From: an uncultured delta proteobacterium
Lineage (GTDB): Bacteria; Desulfobacterota; Binatia; Binatales; Binataceae
Length of the DNA: 64,000 nt
Direction of reading: 5' to 3'
NCBI GenBank assembly: GCA_963724765.1
Contig: CAVRVY010000003.1
Location: 1,024,001-1,088,000 of the forward strand
Position numbers and translations under genes: made by a program. Position 1 is the first letter of the stretch. Each line of letters opens with the position of its first letter. The notes under the pieces are model-generated. The model was given only the letters and a program-made list of their open reading frames with translations. It made no database searches and had not been told where the DNA came from. Shown here piece after piece: positions 17,914-27,140 of the stretch.

Positions 17914-18687
17914 ATGGGTATCGCGGACGGCAAGCGCGCGCTGGTAGTCGGCGTCGCCAACGACAAAAGTCTCGCCTGGGCGATCGCGCAGGAACTCAAA
18001 GCGCAGGGCGCGGAGATCGCGCTCACTTACCAGGGCGAGGTGCTGGAGAAGCGCGTACGCCCGCTCGCCGAATCGATCGGCGCGCTGGTGGTCGGCGAGC
18101 TCGATGTCACCAACGACATTCAGATCGGGCTCACGATGGCGGAGCTGCGCGAGCTCTGGGGCGGACTCGACATGCTGGTCCACGCGGTCGCCTTTGCCGA
18201 TCGCGAAGATCTGCGCGACCGCTTTCTGACCGTGAGCCGCGGCAACTTCGCCAAGGCGCTGGAGATAAGCGCATACTCGCTGGTGGCGCTGGCGCGCGCG
18301 GCCGAACCGTTGATGGAAGCGCGCGGCGGCGGCTCGGTACTGACACTTAGCTACCTTGGCGCGGTGCGCGCGGTGCCCAACTACAACGTGATGGGGGTGG
18401 CCAAGGCGGCTCTGGAAGCCTGCGTACGCTATCTCGCGGTCGATCTCGGGCCGAAAAACATCCGCGTCAACGCGCTCAGCGCCGCGCCCGCGCGCACGCT
18501 CTCGTCCTCGGCCATCCGCGACTTTTTCACCATGGCGCATGAAGTCGAGGAACGCTCGCCGATGCGCCGCGGGATGAAGACCGAGGAGGTCGGCAAGATG
18601 GCCGCCGTTATGCTGAGCGATCTTTCCAGCGGCGTCACTGGCCAGACCGTCTACGTCGACGTCGGCTACAGTATCGTGGGCCTGTAA
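17914..18687 (+). CDS. fabI: Enoyl-ACP reductase FabI
   Basis: GVANDKSLAWAIA, SAYSL, YNVMGVAKAALE; RBS AAGGAG before ATG at 17914. Confidence 0.93.
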   Translation: MGIADGKRALVVGVANDKSLAWAIAQELKAQGAEIALTYQGEVLEKRVRPLAESIGALVVGELDVTNDIQIGLTMAELRELWGGLDMLVHAVAFADREDLRDRFLTVSRGNFAKALEISAYSLVALARAAEPLMEARGGGSVLTLSYLGAVRAVPNYNVMGVAKAALEACVRYLAVDLGPKNIRVNALSAAPARTLSSSAIRDFFTMAHEVEERSPMRRGMKTEEVGKMAAVMLSDLSSGVTGQTVYVDVGYSIVGL

Positions 18688-18743
18688 ACGCCGCCGCAAG
18701 CGCGTCGGCGCGAACATAAATTTTTAGAAGGAGTAGTAGGGCG

Positions 18744-19520
18744 ATGGCGATTATTGCAGTGCCCCAGCTCACGGACAATTACGCCTACCTGGTGATCAAC
18801 GGCGCGAGCAAACAGTGCGGCGTGGTCGACTGCTCCGAGGCGGACAAGGTGCTGGCCGAGGTAGGCCGGCGCGGGCTCAAGCTGGTGGCCGTGCTGCCGA
18901 CGCATTGGCATGCCGACCACGTCGGCGGCAACCAGGCCCTGGTGCGCGCAGTCCCCGGAGTGCGGGTTTATGGCGCGCGCGGCGAGGAGGGGCGGATTCC
19001 GGCGATGACCGACGAGGTCGATAACGGCGACGAAGTCGCGGTGGGACCGATTCGCGGGCGCGTGATTGGAATCCCCGCCCACACCAGCGGCCATATCGCC
19101 TACTATTTCCCCGCGCTCAAGGCGGTGTTCACCGGCGACACGTTGTTCATCGCCGGATGCGGCCGGGTGTTCGAGGGCAAGGCCGACACGATGGTGGCCT
19201 CGCTCGGCAGGCTCGCCGCGCTGCCCGACGACACGCAGGTCTACTGCGGCCACGAGTATACGGAGAAGAATTTGCAATTCGCGCTGACGCTCGAGCCCAA
19301 CAACGCGGCGCTCAAATCTAAGTACGAGTGGACGCGCAAGACGCGGGCCGAGGGCAAGTTTACGATTCCCTCGACTATCGGCGACGAGAAGCGCTTCAAC
19401 CCGTTCCTGCGCACCGATAGCGCGGAGTTGCGCGCAAGCCTCAGGAAGATCGACCCGTCAGTGGGCGACGAGCCGGTCGCTATTTTCGCCAAGACCCGTG
19501 AATTGAAAGATCGGTTCTGA
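18744..19520 (+). CDS. gloB: Hydroxyacylglutathione hydrolase (glyoxalase II)
   Basis: DNYAYL, THWHADHVGG, FTGDTLFIAGCGR, YCGHEYT, NPFLR. Confidence 0.93.
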   Translation: MAIIAVPQLTDNYAYLVINGASKQCGVVDCSEADKVLAEVGRRGLKLVAVLPTHWHADHVGGNQALVRAVPGVRVYGARGEEGRIPAMTDEVDNGDEVAVGPIRGRVIGIPAHTSGHIAYYFPALKAVFTGDTLFIAGCGRVFEGKADTMVASLGRLAALPDDTQVYCGHEYTEKNLQFALTLEPNNAALKSKYEWTRKTRAEGKFTIPSTIGDEKRFNPFLRTDSAELRASLRKIDPSVGDEPVAIFAKTRELKDRF

Positions 19521-19806
19521 CGCGCGCGGAAATCTCAAAGTCCGATCCTACTCTCAGTAATAATGTGCGCCAGCAAGACGGCTGGCTCGCTGCCCGGCCG
19601 GCGTCCCTTGCGGAGTCGCCGAAGAGCGCACCGGCGATGGGAACGGCTCAGCTCGATGCGCACGGCGGCGGCGTGGCGCATGACTGGGCCCCAGATACTC
19701 GTGCTACGCAGTCAAAGCGATAAATAAGCGAAAGCGAACTGCGCTCGCGATTGCTATGTGCAGAGAAAAAGAGCGCGATATGGATGTAATAAGGATAATA
19801 AAACCA

Positions 19807-19835
19807 TTGACATTTTTCGATCTTGGATTTAACCT
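19807..19835 (+). promoter_or_regulatory. Sigma70-type promoter of the Flp pilin gene
   Basis: TTGACA-17 bp-TAACCT with an AT-rich upstream tract. Confidence 0.65.
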
Positions 19836-19881
19836 CCAAGTCATCAGCGTTTAAACGGTTGCGCCTTTAACCGAGGAGAAT

Positions 19882-20079
19882 GTGCTTATGGGATCTGCCC
19901 AGGTACTTTTCATTCGTGCTAGGGAGGCGGTGGCTCGTCGCCTTGGCGGACAGACCATGGTCGAGTACGCCATGATCATCGCTTGCATCGGTGTCGTCGC
20001 TTGGGGCGCCTACAACCTAATGGGGCATGACATCGGTTCGCTGGCGAGCGGAATCGATTCGGATTTGACCAGCGCATAA
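19882..20079 (+). CDS. Flp-family type IVb pilin
   Basis: 65 aa; RRLGG|QTMVEYAMII prepilin cleavage and EY motif, then a hydrophobic helix; RBS GAGGAG. Confidence 0.88.
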   Translation: MLMGSAQVLFIRAREAVARRLGGQTMVEYAMIIACIGVVAWGAYNLMGHDIGSLASGIDSDLTSA

Positions 20080-20177
20080 CGTACGCGGGTCAGCCGCTCA
20101 CGCATGCGCTTGCGTCGCATGCACAACTTGTTTGGCTGACGGGCTCGGCGACCGCGCGAACCGCTGCCGGACAGAGT

Positions 20178-20207
20178 CAAAAACCCGCCCGATGGGGCGG
20201 GTTTTTG
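20178..20207. terminator. Bidirectional intrinsic terminator
   Basis: CAAAAACCCGCCC-GATG-GGGCGGGTTTTTG between convergent genes. Confidence 0.85.
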
Positions 20208-20356
20208 CTTTGGCGAAGCGGCTAAAATGAAACGATTTTACGTCGAAATCCGCTTAATTATGGCTGCTTCTATTAAAAAGTTCGTGACCGAATAATACTA
20301 GCTCCCAGTGCACGAGCGCGCCTTGTCCTTGATGCTGTACCGCCGATCGAAGGGTC

Positions 20357-21475
20357 CTAAGGGTTGGCGGCCGGCGCGTGCCCGAGCTGGTCAGCGTCAA
20401 GGCCTTGGAAGTGTGGCAGCACCTCTTCCGCCATCAGGCGCATCGACTTGAACCACGGCTCGGGATCGTCAGCGTAATCGAAGGTGAAGTGCAGTAGCGT
20501 GCCGAAGCCGCCGAGCTCCTTGTACATCTGCGAGAGCTTGTCGCGCACCGTGCGCGGCGATCCGACCAGCCATCCGTGGTCGGCCAGGTACTCGGGTGTG
20601 ACCGCGTCGTCGCGCACCGAGGGGTCATGCTTGAGATACTTGGTGAACTGAAAATCCGCCATGAGCGGCAGCAGGTACTCGCGCATCATGCGGCCCATCA
20701 TGCTGCCGACGCAGTTGCGATGGGCCTCCTCATCGGTGTCGGCGACGAAAATCTCGCGCACGATTCGCCAGTCATGCCGGCTCGGCCGCCGTCCGCCGCG
20801 CCGCGCGCCTTCGAGCACCGCATCCCAATGCGTGGCGACGTAGCCCGGACTCATGTTGAGGCTGAGCGGCATGAAACCATGCTCGCCGGCGAGCTTGAGC
20901 GTTTCCGAGCCGGGGTTGAGGCCGGCGATTCCGATCGGCGGATGCGGCTGCTGCAGCGGCCGCAAATGATGGCCCAGCGTGCGGAACATCGGCCCCGGCA
21001 CGTTCACGCTCCAGAACTTGCCCTTGTACTCGACGCCGTCGCTGTCGCGCTCCCATACCTTGAGCATGATCTCGAGCGCCTCGCGCGTCATGTCGCGGTT
21101 GACGCCCTTCATGCCGTCGACGCAGAACAACTGCCAGTCGCTCGGCAGGCCGCCGGCGCCGATGCCGAGCATGTAGCGGCCTTCAGCGAGATGGTCCATG
21201 TAGGCGACGCGGCAGGCGAGCTCGGCCGGATGATGGTACGGCAGAAGGTGGGCGCCGGGCGCGAGCTTGATCTGGCGCGTCTGGTTGAGCGCCTGCGCGA
21301 TTAGCAGGTCGGGCGCGGGATTGGGCTCCCATCGCGAGGTGAAGTGCTCGCCGATCCACGCCTCGCTATAACCCAGGCGGTCGGCTTCGCGCAGCACGGC
21401 GAGGTCCCATTGTTGTCCGGCCAGCAGGCCGCGCTCCGGCGGATGCGACGGCATCAAAAAAAGTCCCAGTTGCAT
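20357..21475 (-). CDS. LLM-class (luciferase-like) flavin-dependent monooxygenase
   Basis: Start MQLGLFLMPSHPP at 21475; ADRLGYSEAWIGEH, LLPYHHPAELA. Confidence 0.9.
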   Translation of the reverse strand: MQLGLFLMPSHPPERGLLAGQQWDLAVLREADRLGYSEAWIGEHFTSRWEPNPAPDLLIAQALNQTRQIKLAPGAHLLPYHHPAELACRVAYMDHLAEGRYMLGIGAGGLPSDWQLFCVDGMKGVNRDMTREALEIMLKVWERDSDGVEYKGKFWSVNVPGPMFRTLGHHLRPLQQPHPPIGIAGLNPGSETLKLAGEHGFMPLSLNMSPGYVATHWDAVLEGARRGGRRPSRHDWRIVREIFVADTDEEAHRNCVGSMMGRMMREYLLPLMADFQFTKYLKHDPSVRDDAVTPEYLADHGWLVGSPRTVRDKLSQMYKELGGFGTLLHFTFDYADDPEPWFKSMRLMAEEVLPHFQGLDADQLGHAPAANP

Positions 21476-21516
21476 ACCATCTCCTGTATCGGCGCCCGGC
21501 TTGGCGCGCACCCGCC

Positions 21517-21831
21517 CTACTTCAGTCCCGAGAATTCCGCCGGTGTCATGATCTTGTTGCTCTGGCTGACCACCAGCGCGCGCAGCTTGGGCACGATCGC
21601 CGCGCGGCGCGGATCGCGTCCCCAGGCGGACCACTTCTGCTGGCGCTCGTTCAGATCGTTGAAGGCCCACAGATGAACCAGCTCGTTGAGCGGTCCGATG
21701 TCCGTCGACCAGTAGCCGAGTGGCTTGAGTCCGTGCTCGGCCAGGATCGGCAAGAGCTCCTCCTTGGTGATCTGGATGTACTGCGGCGCACCGCCCAGCA
21801 CCAACGTGTAAGTCCGAAGTTCGTAGATCAT
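21517..21831 (-). CDS. NIPSNAP-family protein
   Basis: MIYELRTY...GYWSTDIGPLNELVHLW. Confidence 0.9.
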   Translation of the reverse strand: MIYELRTYTLVLGGAPQYIQITKEELLPILAEHGLKPLGYWSTDIGPLNELVHLWAFNDLNERQQKWSAWGRDPRRAAIVPKLRALVVSQSNKIMTPAEFSGLK

Positions 21832-21872
21832 CGCGCACCTCTTCCCTTCTTATATCAGCCCTTGTCCTTATG

Positions 21873-22703
21873 TCAGCCTTTGCCGCCGGCGCCTTTGGCC
21901 CCGGGCCATGACATCGCCGCCGCCAGGCCTTCGAGCGCGAGCCCATGGCCGAGGTCGTCGAGCATCAGGCGCTTGAGCTGCTGGGTTATGGCGACGCGCG
22001 CGTAGCGCACCGTTAGCGGCGGCTTGGCGACGACTAGCTGCGCCAGTTCCCAGGCGCGCGCGACCAGGCGCTCGCGAGGCACGACCTCGCTCACCACGCC
22101 CAATTCCAGCGCCTCGCGCGCCGAGAGCTTTTGTCCTGTTAGCAAAAAGTAGCGGCCGCGATTGGGTCCCAGCACCAGCGGCCATACCACGTGCACGCCG
22201 TCGCCCGGCACGATGCCGTTGGGAAAGTGCGGCGCGTCCTGAAACGCCGCGTTCTCCGAGGCGATCACGATGTCGCACAGCACGGCCAGCTCGGCATGGA
22301 TCAGCGCCGGGCCGTTAACCGCCGCGATAATCGGCACCTCGATGTTGAGATGGTTCATCAGGAGGTACTTGCCGTCGTTATAGATGTGATCCCAGGTCGT
22401 GGTGCGGACGCCCGCGTGCGGCGGCGGTGCGGGCTCGCCGCTGGGGGTCTTGCCCACCGGAGCGCCGCGGCCGCCGCCATGGTCGACCTCGGCGCAAAAC
22501 GCGTCGCCGGTGCCGGTGATGATGACGCAGCGGTTTCCGTGGTCGCGCGCGACGTCGTAAAATGCGTACGACAGCTCCTCGTGCGGCGGCCCGCCCCACC
22601 TTAGCGGGCCGTCCTCGCTGTGCAGCGTCATCTGAACAATGCCGTCGCGGCGTTCCATCGTGACGTGCTTGTACTTGTTCTGGTACTCCTCGAACTTGCT
22701 CAT
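21873..22703 (-). CDS. Enoyl-CoA hydratase/isomerase (crotonase) family protein
   Basis: IITGTGDAFCA, PIIAAVNGPA, GIVPGDG, YFLLTGQKLSAREALELG. Confidence 0.9.
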   Translation of the reverse strand: MSKFEEYQNKYKHVTMERRDGIVQMTLHSEDGPLRWGGPPHEELSYAFYDVARDHGNRCVIITGTGDAFCAEVDHGGGRGAPVGKTPSGEPAPPPHAGVRTTTWDHIYNDGKYLLMNHLNIEVPIIAAVNGPALIHAELAVLCDIVIASENAAFQDAPHFPNGIVPGDGVHVVWPLVLGPNRGRYFLLTGQKLSAREALELGVVSEVVPRERLVARAWELAQLVVAKPPLTVRYARVAITQQLKRLMLDDLGHGLALEGLAAAMSWPGAKGAGGKG

Positions 22704-22865
22704 CCCGGTGCCTCTCCTGTTGCTCGCTCGTCGTGCGGACGCGAATCGATGGGCCGCATCCTACTAAACTGCGAGCCGCACGGTTAGCGGCGCGGCCTTG
22801 CCAGCGGCGCGGGTTGGAAGCAGAGTAGGAACGCCTTAGAGCCACGCATCTCAGGTAAGAGGGCC

Positions 22866-23744
22866 ATGAACACCGGACGGCGCGAGCGCATCATCGACGA
22901 GCAACAGGCCGCGGCCTGGATCGAAGACGGGATGACCGTTGCGATCGGCGAGCCCGCGCCGATGGCGCTGGTGCGCCGGATCATCCGGCGCGGCGTGCGC
23001 AATCTGACCGTCGTGGCCAGCGGTTTCGCGCTCGATATGCTGATCGCGACCGGATGCGTGCGCAAGACCGTGAGCTACTACTCCGGCGGCGGTCCGGGCA
23101 TTCCCGTATTGCCGTCGTTTCGGCGCGCGGCCGAGCGCGGCGAAATCGAAGTCTGGGAATGCGAAGAGGGCATCCTGTGCGCCGGGCTGCAGGCCGCGGC
23201 GCAGATGCTGCCGTTCATGCCGTGGCGCGGCGGCCTCGGCACCTCGCTGCCGCAGATAAATCCCGACCTCAAACTGTTCCGCGATCCGATTGGCGGCGAA
23301 GAATTGATTGCCGTGCCGCCGATCAAGCCGGACCTGACGCTGCTGCACGCGGCGGCCGCCGACGCCTATGGCAACGTGCGTCATCTCGGGGGCCCCGGAT
23401 GGCTCGACCTGTTCCAATACCGCGCCGCCGACCGCACCATCGTGCAGGTCGAGCAGGTGATCGCCAACGAGGAAATCCGCGCTGACCCGTGGGCGACGAC
23501 CATCGCCGCCGCCGACGCGATCGTGCGCGCGCCCTTCGGCGCGCATCCGTTTTATAGCCGCGGCTTTTACATCACCGACGGCCCGCATCTGCACGCCTAC
23601 CTGCGGGCCGCCGAAAAAGGCGCCGGCGGCGACCGCGCCGCGCTCGAAGACTACCTGGACCGTCACTGCCACAAGCCTGAGGGCCTCGCGGACTATCTCG
23701 AAACGATCGGCATGAAGCGGCTGCTCGAGTTGCACGAATACTGA
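22866..23744 (+). CDS. Family I CoA-transferase alpha subunit (IpdA/GctA-like)
   Basis: IEDGMTVAIG, PMALVR, WECEEGILCAGLQAAAQMLPFMPWRGGLG, ADAYGN, APFGAHP. Confidence 0.88.
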   Translation: MNTGRRERIIDEQQAAAWIEDGMTVAIGEPAPMALVRRIIRRGVRNLTVVASGFALDMLIATGCVRKTVSYYSGGGPGIPVLPSFRRAAERGEIEVWECEEGILCAGLQAAAQMLPFMPWRGGLGTSLPQINPDLKLFRDPIGGEELIAVPPIKPDLTLLHAAAADAYGNVRHLGGPGWLDLFQYRAADRTIVQVEQVIANEEIRADPWATTIAAADAIVRAPFGAHPFYSRGFYITDGPHLHAYLRAAEKGAGGDRAALEDYLDRHCHKPEGLADYLETIGMKRLLELHEY

Positions 23745-23789
23745 TCGCGAATTTCGGTCCCGAACTCCGATTCAAGGAGCCGCACGCGC

Positions 23790-24413
23790 GTGGCGGAAGA
23801 AAAAAAATACTCGGGCAGGCTGATGGCATTGCTCGCATTCCTGCCCTGGCTGGTCTACATCTTCGCCTCCGGCGGCAACCACTGGGGCGTGGCGACGGCC
23901 GGCGGCACGGTCATGTGCCTGGTCTATCTCGCGGTGCGGCGTCGGCAGGACTCGATCAAGCTGATGGACTGGACGACGCTGGCCTATTTCGTCACCGCAT
24001 CGATCCTGATGATCGGCCTGCACTCGACGGCCCTTCCGGCCTACCAGATGATGGTCATCTGGTCGTTCTATGCAATCGCCGGATGGGCATCGGTCGTTCT
24101 GGGAAGGCCGTTCACCGCCGCCTATGCGCGCGAGGAACAACCGCCCGAAGTCTGGGACCTCCCGATCTTTCATCGGCTCAACTGGATTATGACGCTTTTT
24201 TGGTGTGGTCTGTTCAGCGTCAACGTCGGCTTCGGCGTGATCGCCGCGATGGTCGGCGGTAACCTGGGCAGGCTGGTGGCGGGATTCTTGATCCCGACTG
24301 GATTGCTGATCTACGGCTTCGTTTTCACCATGCGCTTCCCGATGCGCTACGTGGCGCGCGTCAATGCCAGTGGCGCGCCCGGCGAAAGCGCCGATAGCAC
24401 ATCGACCGCATAA
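23790..24413 (+). CDS. Hypothetical integral membrane protein
   Basis: About 6 hydrophobic segments; GRPFTAAYARE...IFHRLNWIMTLFW motif. Confidence 0.8.
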   Translation: MAEEKKYSGRLMALLAFLPWLVYIFASGGNHWGVATAGGTVMCLVYLAVRRRQDSIKLMDWTTLAYFVTASILMIGLHSTALPAYQMMVIWSFYAIAGWASVVLGRPFTAAYAREEQPPEVWDLPIFHRLNWIMTLFWCGLFSVNVGFGVIAAMVGGNLGRLVAGFLIPTGLLIYGFVFTMRFPMRYVARVNASGAPGESADSTSTA

Positions 24414-24472
24414 CGCGTGCGCCGGATCGAACGGAGCATCAGGCAGCATCACGGATCAGTCGCGAGGACAGC

Positions 24473-25279
24473 ATGGCGAGCGAATATGGCGTGCACGACG
24501 AATACGGCGTTCAGGAATTGATGGCGGTGTTCCTCGCGCGCGACCTCAACGACGGCGAGCTTTTGCGCGTCGGCGTCGCGATGCCGGTGGCCGAGGCGGC
24601 GGTGCGCCTGGCCCATCTGACTCACGGCCCCAACATGGAACTGGTTTTTCTCGGCGGGCGGATGAACGTCGCCGACCTCGAAACCATTCCGATGCCCGCG
24701 TTCGGATGGGACCGGCGGGTGGTGCGCTGGACCGAGTCGTATAGTGACACCGGCCATCGTTTCGACCGGCTCAAGGACTGGAGCAACCACGTCTTCTTCA
24801 TCGGCGGCGTCCAGGTCGACCGCTTCGGCAACACCAATCTTATCGGTATCGGCTCCGATTACCGTCATCTCAAGTTCCGCGGACCCGGCTCGGTCGGCAC
24901 GCCGACGCTCAGCACCCATGTCGGCCGCTACTACATCGTGCTCAACAGCCACAGCCCGCGCCTGCTGGTCGAGCGCTGCGACTATATCAGCGCCTACGGA
25001 TGGGGCAGCGGCGGCGCCGATGCGCGCCGCAAGCTGGGACTTCCGGGCGGCGGCCCAAAGTACGTCGTGACGCCGCTATGCGTGATGGACTTCGAGGAGG
25101 AGACGCGGCGGATGCGCTTGCGCTCGCTCCATCCGGGCGTCAGCGCCGCGGCGGTGCGTGAGAGCACCGGATTCGAGTTGGTGATTCCGCCGTCGGTGCC
25201 GACGACGGAGCCGCCGACCGCCGAGGAGTTGCGCGTTTTGCGCTCGCGCGTCGACACGGCCGGCCGCCTGCGCCGTTAG
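24473..25279 (+). CDS. Family I CoA-transferase beta subunit (IpdB/GctB-like)
   Basis: LTHGPN, FFIGGVQVDRFGNTN, RGPGSVG, VVTPLCVMDF, SLHPGVS...TGFEL. Confidence 0.88.
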   Translation: MASEYGVHDEYGVQELMAVFLARDLNDGELLRVGVAMPVAEAAVRLAHLTHGPNMELVFLGGRMNVADLETIPMPAFGWDRRVVRWTESYSDTGHRFDRLKDWSNHVFFIGGVQVDRFGNTNLIGIGSDYRHLKFRGPGSVGTPTLSTHVGRYYIVLNSHSPRLLVERCDYISAYGWGSGGADARRKLGLPGGGPKYVVTPLCVMDFEEETRRMRLRSLHPGVSAAAVRESTGFELVIPPSVPTTEPPTAEELRVLRSRVDTAGRLRR

Positions 25280-25289
25280 GCTTCGACTA

Positions 25290-25372
25290 ATTCCCTCCAC
25301 CAATTGTTTTGGGGGAGGTTTCGGGTGGGGATCTATAGACGTTCTGAATGTCTCTGAGAACCGCCTCTTCCG
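25290..25372 (-). repeat. Double-hairpin REP-like intergenic element, copy 2 (inverted, diverged)
   Basis: Reverse complement GGAAGAGGCGGTTCTCAGAGACATTCAGAACGTCTATAGATCCCCACCCGAAACCTCCCCCAAAACAATTGGTGGAGGGAA aligns with 15819-15900. Confidence 0.75.
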
Positions 25373-25424
25373 CATTAGCATCTCGCGCTTCGGCGCTCTC
25401 ACGACGGAGAACACTCGCCTCAAC

Positions 25425-26195
25425 CTACTCCGGCAAGCCTCCAACGCGCGAAAAGACTGCGTGCCAGTTCGCACGGAACCACGGAGTACCATCGCGCCGG
25501 CCGAATACCTGTCCGCGTACCAGCATCGCGCCGCCGCCCTGGATGTCGCAGTCCAGGATGGTTTCTTCGTCGACCGCGAACGTTTGGCTGCCGAAGTGGC
25601 GATGGACGTAAAATTCTTCGAAGTGCAACAGTGCGCGCATCCGCGCCGCGTCGCGGCCATCAGTCGAAACAAGATCCATCCGCCCAATGGGATTGATGAT
25701 TTTCGTGTTGCGCTCCATGCCGACCTGGCTGAATGTCAGCTCGAACGGCCCGCTCCCGACGCGCTGGTAACAGATGCGATAAGTCTTCGCTGTCCAGGGA
25801 CCGACATTGGGCGCGCCAGGCATCCGCTGGATTGAATCGAGGTAGCTGATTTCTCCCTGCCAGCATCCGCGGAATATGGCCGGCAGAATCGGCTTAGCGT
25901 TCAGCATCGATGCCGGCGGTGGCGGTAGTGGCGAAGGCGAAGGGGCTTGCGGTGGCGGCAACTGTGGCTCGGGAGTCGGCGGCGACGGCGTGGGGGTAAT
26001 CGCGGACGGGATTTCCTCGAGCTGCTGGGAGGGCGGCAACGGCGGCCGTGCGGTCGGCGCCGGGCGCGGGCGGAAACTCGGTTGCGACTGCGGCACTGGC
26101 GGCGGCACTTCCAGCGACTGCTGCGCCTGCGACGCTCGCGGCGCCAACATCAACACTACCGTCGCGAGCACTACCAGCCCGGCCCCCCGCCCCAT
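25425..26195 (-). CDS. Secreted Pro-rich hypothetical protein (start uncertain)
   Basis: Signal-like MGRGAGLVVLATVVLMLAPRASQA, Pro-rich linker, C-terminal beta-rich domain with Cys residues. Confidence 0.65.
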   Translation of the reverse strand: MGRGAGLVVLATVVLMLAPRASQAQQSLEVPPPVPQSQPSFRPRPAPTARPPLPPSQQLEEIPSAITPTPSPPTPEPQLPPPQAPSPSPLPPPPASMLNAKPILPAIFRGCWQGEISYLDSIQRMPGAPNVGPWTAKTYRICYQRVGSGPFELTFSQVGMERNTKIINPIGRMDLVSTDGRDAARMRALLHFEEFYVHRHFGSQTFAVDEETILDCDIQGGGAMLVRGQVFGRRDGTPWFRANWHAVFSRVGGLPE

Positions 26196-26344
26196 CGCCT
26201 TTGCCGCCTGCAACAAGACTTTCCCGATCTCAATTATCAATGGTACAGCGTTGGTTGGGTAGAGGCTCGCCCGGAGCCGCTCGAATGTCACGCGGACTGG
26301 CGCTCTTTGGCGGCCGGCCGCGATCGCAATGAGGATCGACACAG

Positions 26345-27100
26345 ATGAAACTCAAAGGAAAAGTGGCTCTGATAACCGGGGCCGGATCGGGAATGGGCAA
26401 GGCGACCGCGCTCCTGTTCGCGAGCGAGGGCGCAAAAGTCGCGGCGGCCGATATCAGCGAGGACGCGGTCGAAAGCGTCGCGCGCGAAATCCGTAAAGCC
26501 GGCGGCGAAGCGATCGCAATCGGCGCCGACGTGGCAAAATCCGAGGACGTGCAGCGGATGGCCGCGGCGACGGTCGAGCGCCTGGGGCCGCCCAACGTGC
26601 TCTATAACAACGCCGGCATCGAGGGCGAAACGAACTTCCTCGCCGAGACCAGTGAGGCCGCCTTCGACAAGGTCATCGCGATCAATCTGCGCGGCGTGTT
26701 TCTCGGAATGAAGTACGTGCTGCCGCACATGGTGAAGCTCGGCGCCGGCTCGGTCATCAATCAGGCCTCGATCGCCGGGATGGTCGCGATCCGCGGCAGC
26801 GCGGCCTACTGCGCCTCGAAGGCCGGAGTGATCGCGCTCACACGCGTGGCGGCCTTCGAGTACGGCCGCTACAACATCCGCGTAAATTGCATCTGCCCGG
26901 GCGCGATCGAAACGCCGATGGCCGAGCGGATCAGGCAGGGCGAGCCGCCGCGGCCAAGTTCGGTCAAGCGGATTTCCGTATTCAATCGGATGGGGCTGCC
27001 CGAAGAGATCGCGAAGGTCGCGCTGTTCCTCGCGAGCGACGACGCGTCATTCGCAACCGGCGCGCCGTTCGTGATCGATGCGGGCTGGACGGTGAGCTGA
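26345..27100 (+). CDS. SDR-family oxidoreductase
   Basis: TGAGSGMG, NNAG, YCASK. Confidence 0.93.
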   Translation: MKLKGKVALITGAGSGMGKATALLFASEGAKVAAADISEDAVESVAREIRKAGGEAIAIGADVAKSEDVQRMAAATVERLGPPNVLYNNAGIEGETNFLAETSEAAFDKVIAINLRGVFLGMKYVLPHMVKLGAGSVINQASIAGMVAIRGSAAYCASKAGVIALTRVAAFEYGRYNIRVNCICPGAIETPMAERIRQGEPPRPSSVKRISVFNRMGLPEEIAKVALFLASDDASFATGAPFVIDAGWTVS

Positions 27101-27140
27101 ACCGCCCGGGCGCGATACGGCGTCGCTCAGCCAGCTCAGC

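Noticed and set aside
20080-20177. Possible riboswitch or sRNA downstream of the Flp pilin (TCAGCC...GGCTGA stem)
   Set aside because: No recognisable aptamer consensus; explicable as 3' UTR structure.
20357-21946. 529-aa ORF suggesting an N-terminally extended LLM protein
   Set aside because: The extension overlaps the NIPSNAP gene in another frame; a start with RBS (AGGAG) lies at 21475.
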